DNA of 64,000 nt from Gordius albopunctatus (taxonomy: Eukaryota), in assembly GCA_964276515.1 (NCBI GenBank), contig OZ193910.1:1674001-1738000 (forward strand). The letters are read 5' to 3'. The position numbers were made by a program, and so were the translations under genes. Positions within the stretch are counted from its first letter, which is position 1; each line of letters opens with the position of its first letter. Shown piece by piece: positions 38,740 through 50,498 of the stretch. The notes under the pieces were generated by a model. It worked only from the letters and a program-made list of their open reading frames with translations, was not told the DNA's origin and searched no databases.

Positions 38740-40830
38740 AGTCAATACAATAAATATTATTTATACATTTGATGAGTCAAATGAGTCATAATTTGGAAAA
38801 ATGTTAACGCCTCTAATGTCATTTGTCATTATTGAGATTCGAATCATCAAATTCACATTAAATTTTAAAATATTAGATTGCTTATTATAAACAACATCAA
38901 CATAAGTACGTTGATTAGAACGAAACAAAAGGAATTATTTTTAAGCTCTATTGCACCTTGCTAATAACATTTTGCGACATACATGACAAACATTACTAAA
39001 GGTACAATTTGGAATAAAATTATTACAAGCCAATCGATGCTCTTTTTTCTGAATTGTGTCTTGGGTATAATAAACTTTTATTAGAAAATTTAGAGTGCTC
39101 AGATCAAGCTTGAAACCTCGAATATAGATGCATGAGAATGGTGTATTGGAGATTAATAGTCAAAAATGAGTATTTCAACAATGGCGAACATGATAAGTAA
39201 AAACCGGCTATTACAACTGTGTCCCGACAGACTATACCACAAGAGAATTGAAGAGAACTTTGGCAGTAAAAATTAAAAAATTTAAGAACAAAGTTGACCG
39301 TTAAAATTCTACAATTTTCAGATAGTTAAAAGATATTATATCGACATGACTAAATTTACTATTATAACGGCATTCAGTTAATTCCTTATTGACATAGAAG
39401 CTCCATTTATGACGATATCACTGATAAGGGTAAATAGGAAACGCAAAGAGTTAATTTTATTGTGGTTTGAGGCAAAATCAATATCTATTCCAAACGAGGT
39501 ATATTTAATCATAAAAGAAGCGTTAATGTTTAATGCATAGATCACGTTCAGGGAAAATGTAAAAGGTATTATAGAAAAAACAAACTTTATTAAAAGTATT
39601 GTTTCTCCAAATAAATTTAAGTAAAATACATAACCTTAATAACTATGCTCTGAAAAAAGCTAACTAATTGAGCTATTTTCAAAGAAAACTTTAAAAGATA
39701 AATTTTTAAATACGTGGTTATAAAAAACAACCGTCTAATCCAATTTATTTGGTATAAGTTCCGGGCCTCGGGATCAGGTCAGCACTGATGGGCCGGACCT
39801 TATTGATAAACATTTTTAAATAATATTCTAAATTAACTTAACTATTAAAAATACACAGATACATATTAAGCAGTTCACGATAAACTTTTTCAACACCAGT
39901 CCCTCCTCTTTATAATTTTTATTCTTGTGACTATATTCTATTTTTTTAGATACATTAACAAACTTCAGCTAAAAATTTTCATTTTTATAGTTATTAAGTT
40001 TTCGTATAATATTTTTAAAAATAGGTTTGTAGCAACATAAATTGAATGTTTGCCCATATAATTTCCAATATCAAGAACAAGCACTTTATTGTATATTTGA
40101 TTGTGAAAATATATTTCATCTTTAAAATTTATTCGGGCTTTAAAATCATAAAGCGGTTTGAATTATGTTTAAAGCTAAATGGAGGAACCAGAAAATTAAT
40201 GGAGGAGCTAAGTAAGCATTTTAGGATTTATGGGCACATCTGCCTCTCCATACCCCCCCCCATCCCCATTCCCTTGGCATCACTTTTGGATATCCCAAAT
40301 CTCTAAATGATTTAGGAGTTGCTATTTTTTAGAGAGAAAAAAATCCAAAAAACGGAGCATATATCATCGTTAACCTTTACGTATGCTTTTAATAATTAAT
40401 ATCTTAAACTTACCTAAATATAGTACTACAGGCTTGTGTCTACTTCAAATTTGAAATAAATAATTTATCATAATAGTAGAGGTATATAAGTTTTACAATG
40501 GTCATGTCATGAATTAAGCTTTTTATAAATTGCCTAACTAATATTATAACGAATTTTAACATTAATTATATTTATCATGGTAGCACGTAGTGGAAATGTT
40601 TATTTTAGAAAAGAGGAGAGCACAGGAGGGGGCGGAAAGCAAAAATTAGCCCATGAATGTCATAGAAATTAATAAAAGATATTAATATAGTAGCGTTAAA
40701 TTTATAAAAAATAAAAAAGGGATTCAATCATGATTGCGTTACCTTCAAATCAAAAGTAACGCTCAATGACTACCTTTACTTAAAAACAAATATGGTGTAG
40801 CGCTAGGCTCATCCGAAAATTAATTCTACC

Positions 40831-41002
40831 CCTAGGATTAGCCAGGGAGAGGCAGGAAAGGGCGCCTGCCTACCCCCCGCTTTAAATCCGAAAATTCTTT
40901 AAAATTTATTAAAAGTATGGCTAAAATTCTAAAGATTTTTTATTTTGCCCGAACCTAAATCATAATGGCTCCCCTCTAATTCCAATTCTAGCTACGCTCA
41001 TG
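40831..41002. mobile_element. hAT MITE, ~170-bp family
   Basis: Family body sequence; 8-bp flanks ATTCTACC and ATTCTACG. Confidence 0.8.
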
Positions 41003-41236
41003 ATTCTACGATTATAAAACCTCGGTGAAAAAAAAACTGTTGCATTTATGCTATTTTTAAAACGCTATCTCTTATATTATGCTACTACTTTTTAAGATAA
41101 TGTTTTTGAGGATTTATCAATATCCAATATTATTATATGAATAAAATAATTTTTAAAGGTCTTATCAAGTTTATTATAATTCGTTGTATAGCGTTTAAAG
41201 GACAGCGACCGTCAATTACTTATGCTTATATAGCCG

Positions 41237-42509
41237 CAGTGGCGTAGACCCCCCGTGGATAAAAAAATTATTTTGCTTTACATAATAAATATTTCAAAAT
41301 TAGTGCCATGCAATTATTTAAATAAGCTTGTGAGACTGAGAACACGGGTTTTTTTCGCTTAAATGTACAAAATTTTCCTTGTGGTTATAAAAAAGTTTCC
41401 GCCATCTTTTATGAATTCCTCTAATAATATGAATATAAGCAAGGGTACTATGCTTGACTTCTGCGTCAAAAAATAACTAACGAAAAAGATATTAATTGCA
41501 GCTCAAAATCAAAACCTGAATCTTCTGGTAAGACCTTTAAATAAGTTCAAATGATATGCTTTTAGAACGAAAAAGATATTAATTGCGGCTCAAAATCAAA
41601 ACCTGAATCTTCTGGTAAGACCTTTAAATAAGTTCAAATGATATGCTTTTAGTCATTAGCAAAGATTTCATTCCCTCTACAACCGAATCCATCTCAACAA
41701 AGAACATAAATATTTATGATATAGGAAATTTTGTGAAAAAATATAGACAATATGGAAAGGATTAAGGTTATTAATTTAATTTGGAAGCCAGATTCAGAAT
41801 ATGCCTTTCCTAAGGGTAAACGTAATTTGAAACTCAATTATACCAGGATGAAACATTATCCATGGTTGGCATATTCTGAGTCCCTTCACGGGGTCTTTTG
41901 TAAATTCTGTGTAATTATGGGCAAAATAAATGGTGGATATGGATCTCACCAGGAATTAAAAGCCCTAATTACATGTCCATTCCAAAAATGTAAAAATGCT
42001 TTGGAAGTTTTCAAAGCTCATGCTTCTGCTAAATATCGTAAGCATTCGATTGAAACTTTTAATTCATTGGAGAATATTTATACCAATAAAAAAGAATCAA
42101 TTTTAATTGATTATCAGAAGAAAATAGGATGAATAAATATAAACGAAGACAAGCACTCATTGTTATAATTGAAACAATCATCTTCTGTGAAAAAGAAGGG
42201 ATTCCTCTCTGAGGTATAAAATGTAGGGTGTTATTTAAATGCATAGTATTCAGTTTTAAAAAAAAATCCTTTTTTTTAAATGTTCATTTTTTAAAAATAT
42301 GCTCAGTTGTTATTAAAAAAATTTTAAACGAAAGAATGTTCAATATTTTTTGCAGCATTAAAATTTTAATTGTTTTAAAGGTCTTATAGGCAAGTTAAAA
42401 TAAAATATTATTGGGCTGTGGAAACACTAGAGAGCTCTTATAATCCTTATATTACTTTTAATGATTTGGATTCCAAAACCCCTCCCAAAAAATTTCTATC
42501 TATGCCCTG
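41237..42509 (+). mobile_element. Internally deleted hAT element retaining the TTF-type zinc-finger N-terminus of the transposase
   Basis: Ends CAGTGGCGTAGA / TCTATGCCCTG, perfect 8-bp TSD TATAGCCG; ORF contains YPWLAYSESLHGVFCKFC...H..S..H-like motif. Confidence 0.9.
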
Positions 42510-42539
42510 TATAGCCGACAAAATTAAGAAATGAAAAAA

Positions 42540-43473
42540 TATTCTGATAGAGAATTTTTTGCTGAACAATAACTTATTTTTATTTTTTTTTCAAAACTTC
42601 CAGTTTTTCTTTCATATAAACGAGTTTAAAGTTGCAAAAAATGCTCATTTTTACCTTCTTTGAGTCTATATTGCCACGGCATTTTTTATTTATCCTGAAA
42701 AATATTTATTTATTCCTGTAGATTAAAGCATCATTTATAGTTTTTAAGAGATATATTAACAGGATAATTAAAGGGCCCTCTAATGCTCATATTAATATAT
42801 TTCTTGAAAATATTCTTTACGAATGCCAAAATCTTTTAAATTTTGTCATTTAGTTTTTGTTTCGCCTTTATTTTAAAATTTATTCGTGTTTGCTTGAACC
42901 CCTTTCCCTTGTCAAAATTCGTCCCACTATGTCTGGAAAACGGAGTATATTAAAGTACATACTACACTCGCGATGTTTACTAACAAATCTCTCTCTCCCA
43001 TTCTTCATTTCTTAGACTCACGCTCCCATATCTATCCAAGCACACATTGAGGGGCGGGAGTGGGGGGGGGGGAAAGAGAGGAGAGTATGTGGGAGAGCGG
43101 AGATATTTTAGTAAACAACGCTTAAGCAACTCCGTTTTCCAACCATACTGGGGCGAATTTTAATAAGGGGAAGGGGTTCACGTAAATGCGTATAAATTCA
43201 GATATAAAGGTGAAACAAAAAAATCAAAATAATGGACCTGAAAATGACACTTTAATCTGCAGGAATAAATAAAGATTTTTCAGTATAAATTAAAAATGCC
43301 GTGGCAATATAGCTTCAAAAAAGTTAAATATGGCCATTTTTAACACCTTTAACCTCGTTTATCTAAAAACTGGAAGTTTTGGGAAAAAATAATAAAAACA
43401 GTTTAATGCTCAGCCCAAAATTCTCTGTCAGATTTATAGGTCCAATTGCAGGATGGTTTTTTGTAGACCTGTG
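42540..43473. mobile_element. Second copy of the palindromic CACAG/CTGTG-ended element
   Basis: Similar to 7005-8067; ends GGATGGTTTTTTGTAGACCTGTG; left end missing. Confidence 0.7.
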
Positions 43474-44557
43474 TAAAATTTTGAAATTTTAATCATAATT
43501 ATACCAATTTCAACGGATTTTTCGTATGCCTACGCCTTTAACAAGAAGCGCCCTAAAGTGGCATCTTTGTAGCCATACGGAATATAAATTTATCCAATTT
43601 TACTAAACTGGGCCACAAAATTAAAGTACAAAAATAGATTGGATTAAGAGCTCTATAATTAACATTGATTTAGCTTTTAAAAACCCAAAGCGATTAGGAC
43701 TTAAATCAAAAAGTAAGCAAAAATTTAAGACAGAACAGTTTTTAAAATTCAATATTTTTTTGTGTTCAATAGGAAAAACTTTGTTTTCAAACATTTTATA
43801 AAAATTTGTAACTTAAAAAAAGTAATAAAAAGGTTAATTTTTTAGGTTTCAATTTATATAATCGTCGCATGCCATCCTGATAGTTCAATCTTGTTGTTTT
43901 AAGGAAACAACATGAGATTTTTTTAATTTTTAACTGTTATTTCTATGAATTTAGATTTTTTGACTTGAAAGAGGGGGGGGGGGCAACAACTAACCCTCCC
44001 TGACTTCCTGTGGCTACGTACCTGGTCTTAGGGTCATAAGCCTGAAGTCCAAATTTTATCATTTATAATTTAATATATTAGAATTCCTGTTTATTAATAT
44101 TTTAATGTACGGAAATTCAGTGTTTACTTCCCTCCCGAATATGCAAAAAATATTGTGAATGATCTCCACAAATTTTATGAAATTTAATATTAGAATAATT
44201 TACAAACCTTTTGACACAAAAATTCCTTTAAATGCGTAAGAATAAATATTATAGTATGGAATAAAATATGTGTTTCTGGGATTTAGTAGCCAGGAGGGGG
44301 GCAGGAAGGGGCGGCTGCCCTCCTCTAAATCCAAAAATTTGTTGAAATTTATTAAAATTATGGCTAAAATTTCAAAAAATGGTCATTTATACCCTCCCTA
44401 TATGACTATTGCCCCCCTCTGATTCCAATGCTGGCTCTGCCCATGGCTATTAATCTTAATTTTACAAGCAAAATCGCTCTACAGTTTTTGGGGTTAGACA
44501 GTAGAATAATAGATAACCTATTTTTACAGGTTTTCACTGGAATTTAAAAATTCATAA

Positions 44558-45537
44558 CCCTCGAGAGTAATTGTGGGGTTGGGGAACCTCATGAAAGTCA
44601 TCTTTCGATTTGGAATTGTTTTTTCTGTATTTTAATTATTTAGTAAAAGCTATATAACCTGAAAATTTCATGTGTTTTGCTCCAATAATTTTGGAGATAT
44701 TAGAGTTTTCATATACCCCATAAGGTCAGTTAAGAAAATTTTTTTATTAGCTTCAATTTTTTAAATATTTTTTTAAAGTAATAAAGCAGTTACATAAAAT
44801 TTAAAATGATTATATATATGTTTTTATTTTAATAGTTATTTAACTTTTGTGCGCCTATTTTTAGTTAATTTTGTAATAAGCTGTTGATGGCTTCTACATA
44901 TACAAGCAATATATTTTAAATAGGCCTAACAAAAATGGCATCGGTGTAGCGAGGTTTTGAATTAATTTCAATTAGGGGGGGGGGGGCGAAACACTAATTT
45001 TTTCCAATTTTTACAAAAATTTACATTAAAAAAGAGAAAAATTCTCATTTCCCATAAAAAATGGCCTCAACAATTATTCTATTGTAGTTGCAAAAACTTT
45101 TTATCCATATAACCTAGAATTTTTCAGCAAGAGGTTCCCTTTAAACTTAGTAACAAGCCTAAAAATGACAATTTTTTTCCTGTATAATCAATCTATTGTA
45201 AATGCATGCTTTTAAGATTTGTTAAACCTTCTTATAATAAAAAACGTTTGCCTTTTAAATCTTTATTAGCTGTCTGGTGTCCCTGACAAAAATAAAACAT
45301 AGAATTTTGATTTTGATAAATGTTCTTTGAGTTTAGTAAATTGCATATAATTTTTAAACTAACATTTATAATTAAATAATTTTTTACAAGAACCTATAAG
45401 AAGCTTTAATAATCATACATTTAAAATTTGGGAGGTTTTCCTATATTGGAGTTAAAGTTATGATCATTTTAAGAATGGGGTTTGATATACCCCATAAGTC
45501 TGCCTAGGATTGAGATTTTCACAAGTACTCTCGAGGG
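44558..45537. mobile_element. piggyBac-type non-autonomous element
   Basis: TIR CCCTCGAGAGTA(A/C)TTGTG, 17/18 match, flanked by ATAA and TTAA. Confidence 0.8.
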
Positions 45538-46721
45538 TTAAAGGCACTAAAAAATTCTTTCTAGCTTTTCAACATGAGCGTAGTTAGGGGGGGGGGGGGC
45601 AATAATCATGGGCTTAGTTAAAGGGAAGGCACTTCTCTAAATACAAAAATTTGTTAAAATTATGGTTAACATTTTTAAAAAAAGGATCATTTTACCTGGC
45701 AATAATGAATTTTTTCCAATTTTACCCATACTTTAATGAAATGTTTAAGATTTTTTGTATTTAGAGGGGGGTTTTCAGCTAATATTTTGTGGGAAATAAT
45801 AGGAAATATTAATAAAAGCAAATATGAATAGTGATAAAATTTAATAGATGTTTCCTCTATTCCTTGTAGCTAAAATTTCAAAAATTACCATTTTGCCCTA
45901 ACCTAGCTAAATCATTATTGCCCCCCCCTTTAATTCCAATCCCGGCTACACCCATGGGAATACACAAAAAAAGCGGATCTAAAAAATGCTATATATGCAA
46001 TGGCCCTCCCTCTTTAAGTCCATATTAACCTTCTAACTTTTACACATGGAGTTCATAATTTCTAAAATACCTCATCTATTCTTAGAACTTTTAATTTCTA
46101 ATTATTAATCTTAAGTAATCGATAAAAGATACGAGTTCGTTTTATTTAAAATCAAAAATCGACATTCTATTAATGCCAGCTGGAGTGAAAAATGTGTTAT
46201 AATATATCCATTTTTTTGAAGACGGAAAGCTAAATTTAGCCTAAAGCGCCCTCGCGGCTTATACAACATCGCTTGGTATAAACAGACAGACGCGGGCCCA
46301 TATACATATATATATATATATCTTTGTGCGTATGAATCAGTGGCGTAGCTTGGGGGGAGCAAAAACCGGGCCCCATGGGCCCCCCAAGCGAAAAATCTTG
46401 GACCCCTGGGCCCCGTAAGCGATTTTTTATTTTATTTTAATTAAGAAATATATGAAGATTATAATTAATTGTTTTTGAATATAACTTTTAATTTTAATAT
46501 AAAGCCCAGATATTTGTTTAATAAATGCAATTTAACGGGTTATAGCATAATATTAACTTCAAGTGATATTAGAAATGAGGATCACTATCGAATTCTTTAT
46601 AATGAGGCGAAAGATTTAGCTCCAATTTTTGATTTAGTAGTACCTTCTAAACGTATTAAAAAACCAAAAAAGTATAACTTTCTTTTGAATCTATCAATTC
46701 ATTAATTGATTTCAAAATTGA

Positions 46722-48530
46722 TTTATTAATTGCTATGCAATTTATGGGCTCGTTTTTGGTTGTCCGTCCGTCCGTCCGTCCGTCCACCAAGTTATTTACA
46801 CCAGCTTCCCGACCTGGAGGTTGCGGGTTCGAGACCCGGAGAGGACAAAATTTTTTTTTTTTTTTAAATTAAATTAATATTTTTTTCTTGTTAATACCAT
46901 TGATAATATGACTTTTTGACCGTCCGAAGGCTACTGACCAATGAAAAAATGACCACTGGCCAGATAAATCGAAATTTTTAATTTTTCGTTTTTGAATAGT
47001 TTAACATTGATAATTACCCTATGCCCTCCCCTACAAGGGCCTATGGCTCTATTTATATGGTTCCCTGTTCCCCTCCAAAGGCTTATGCCTCTATTTAATG
47101 TGGGTTTGAATCCCGGCGAACGTTCTAAATTGATGGTTCGAGACCCGGAGAGGACAAAAATTTTTATTTTTTTTTAAATTAAATTAATATATTGTTCTTG
47201 TTAATACCATTGATAATATGAATTTTTTACCGTCCGCAGGCTACTGACCAATGAAAAAATGACCACTTGCCAGATAAATCGAAATTTTTAATTTTTCGTT
47301 TTTGAATAGTTTAACATTGATAATTACCCTATGCCCTCCCCTACAAGGGCCTATGGCTCTATTTATATGGTTCCCTGTTCCCCTCCAAAGGCTTATGCCT
47401 CTATTTAATGTGGGTTCGAATCCCGGAGAGGGCAAAATTTTTATTTTTTTAATTAATTTAATATTTTGTTCTTGTTAATACCATTGATAATATGACTTTT
47501 TGACCGTCCGCTGGCTACTGACCAATGAAAAAATGAACATTGGCCAAATAAATCCTAATTTTTCGTTTTTCCTTTTTGAATAAGTTAACATTGATAATTG
47601 AAAAAAACTACCATTGGCCAAATAAATCAAAATTTTTTGTTCGTTTTTGAATAGGTTAACATTGATAATTACCCTATACTTTTTAATAATTGCTATGCAA
47701 TTTATCTAGTTTTTGGGTTAGAATCCCGGAGTTTTTTTTGACTCTTATGATTGTTCTTGTTACTATCAATGATAATAAGACTTTTTGGCCGTCCGCTGGC
47801 TGCTGACCAATGAAAAAAATGACCATTGGCCAAAATGTGTATCCGAGTTTATTTTTTCGTTTTTTTTGAATATTATGATTGTTCCTGTTCCTACCATTGC
47901 TATTATGACTTTTTGGCCGTCCGCTGGCTGCTGACCAATGAAAAAAATGACCTTTGGCCAAAATGTGAATCGAAATTATTTTTTCCGTTTTTTTTTGACT
48001 ATTATGATTGTTCCTGTTCCTACCATTGCTATTATGACTTTTTGGCCGTCCGCTGGCTGCTGACCAATGGAATAAAATAACCATTGGCCAAAATGTGATT
48101 CGAAAACTTTTTTTTCGTTTTTTTTGACTATTATGAATTTATATCCACTTTTACCGTGTCCTGGCTGCTGACCAATGGAAAAAAATGATCTTTGGCCAAA
48201 ATGTGATTCGAAAATTTTTTTTTCGTTTTTTTTGACTATTATGATTGTTCCTGTTCCTACCATTGCTATTATGACTTTTTGGTAATACAACTGTTTCCCG
48301 TAGAATTTAACTAACCATAAAGCTTCCCCTTCGCTCCCTCTCTCCCCCTTTATGATATTTGGCATATACACTTATTTAGTGCTTCCAACCTTCGTTTTGC
48401 AATATTCACGTAAGTATTTCCATAAATTGCATAGCAAATATGATACATTTATACGGAGTGTAGATGAGTTCCCCCTTCCCTCCCCTCCTCCCCTTCCCCC
48501 TTCCCACGAGGGCCGAAGGCCCGAGTTATT
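46722..48530 (+). mobile_element. Helentron-like (DINE/HINE-type) element with ~309-bp and ~117-bp internal tandem arrays
   Basis: Perfect 17-bp inverted repeat TTGCTATGCAATTTATG (46730-46746 / 48421-48437), (GTCC)n near the 5' end, 3' hairpin GGGCC-GAA-GGCCC, T-rich flanks. An isolated head also occurs at about 52627-52700. Confidence 0.7.
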
Positions 48531-49354
48531 ATCCTATCATCGATTCGATAGAATAATAGCAGAATCAAACATAGGATTTTCAGAAAATTAAATGTAATTT
48601 ATATAGGTCTTTAGAGGATTTCATAGGCTTAGCCAGCATTTGAATTAGAGGGGGGCAATAATGATTTATGGAAGGCCAAAATGATCATTTTTTAAAATTT
48701 AAGCCATAATTTTAATAAATTTTAACAAATTTTTGGATTTAGAGGGGGCGGTCCCCCCCCCTGCCCCAACCCTTCATACCCTTTTTTGCAATAAATCTCT
48801 TTTATCAAAAGTAATTAACCATTATGAATTAAAACTGCAAGATGCCGAAATAATAATGGTAAAAAATTATGTAATATATTATAATTCTTTATTTCGAATA
48901 AAATAGAATGCATGATTTTTTTTCACTTATTAAAATTTTACCCCTAAAAAGTGTTTCCAAATTTTATTATTTTGATACAAATCATTTTAACTATTCCAAT
49001 AACTTCGCGTTCATGCGAAAGATCGTTCTCATTGTTTAAATGGATTAAAACGATCTTCGTTCCACAGTTGGACAAGATAGGTTATCTTCCTTAGCTTTAT
49101 TGAGCTTAGAACATGACTTTATAAATGTTATTCCTCCCGGATGATATTATAAATTCGTTGGCAACATCGAGTGATAGGTGTAATCAACTACTATTAAATG
49201 ACTAATTTTAATATTTAAGTAAAAATTATCTGCGCTTTTTAAACTTGTTTTAAACTTTTAAAATATATTAAAATAATATTAAATTTACGAAAATTCTATC
49301 CTGGGTTATATTTAATTGCCCATCTCACATGCTTATTGTTTAAAATATCTTGCA

Positions 49355-50498
49355 TTTGCTTTACATAATAAACATTTCAAAATTAGTGCCATGCAATTAT
49401 TTAAATAAGCTTGTGAGACTGAGAACACGGGTTTTTTTCGCTTAAATGTACAAAATTTTCCTTGTGGTTATAAAAAAGTTTCCGCCATCTTTTATGAATT
49501 CCTCTAATAATATGAATATAAGCAAGGGTACTATGCTTGACTTCTGCGTCAAAAAATAACTAACGAAAAAGATATTAATTGCGGCTCAAAATCAAAACCT
49601 GAATCTTCTGGTAAGACCTTTAAATAAGTTCAAATGATATGCTTTTAGTCATTAGCAAAGATTTCATTCCCTCTACAACCGAATCCATCTCAACAAAGAA
49701 CATAAATATTTATGATATAGGAAATTTTGTGAAAAAATATAGACAATATGGAAAGGATTAAGGTTATTAATTTAATTTGGAAGCCAGATTCAGAATATGC
49801 CTTTCCTAAGGGTAAACGTAATTTGAAACTCAATTATACCAGGATGAAACATTATCCATGGTTGGCATATTCTGAGTCCCTTCACTGGGTCTTTTGTAAA
49901 TTCTGTGTAATTATGGGCAAAATAAATGGTGGATATGGATCTCACCAGGAATTAAAAGCTCTAATTACATGTCCATTCCAAAAATGTAAAAATGCTTTGG
50001 AAGTTTTCAAAGCTCATGCTTCTGCTAAATATCGTAAGCATTCGATTGAAACTTTTAATTCATTGGAGAATATTTATACCAATAAAAAAGAATCAATTTT
50101 AATTGATTATCAGAAGAAAATAGGATCAATAAATATAAACGAAGACAAGCACTCAATTGAAACAATCATCTTCTGTGGAAAACAAGGAATTCCTCTCAGA
50201 TGTATAAAATGTAGGGTGTTATTTAAATGCATAGTATTCAGTTTTTTATCTTCTGTTTTTTTAAATGTTCATTTTTTCCCAAAATATGCTCAGTTGTTAA
50301 AAAAAAATTAAACAGAAGAATGTTCAATATTTTTTGCAGCATTAAAATTTGGATTGTTTTAAAAGCTTTATAGGCAAGTTGAAATAAAATATTACTGGGC
50401 TGTGGAAGCACTAGAGAGCTCTTATAATCCTTATAATATTATTTCTAATGTTTTGCATTACAAATCTCTTGCCAAAAAAATTTCTATCTACGCCCCTG
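49355..50498 (+). mobile_element. Second, 5'-truncated copy of the deleted hAT element
   Basis: Near-identical to about 41272-42509; ends TCTACGCCCCTG. Confidence 0.9.

Noticed and set aside
46826..48280. CRISPR-like regular repeats
   Set aside because: The units repeat in full without unique spacers, there are no cas genes, and the context is eukaryotic.
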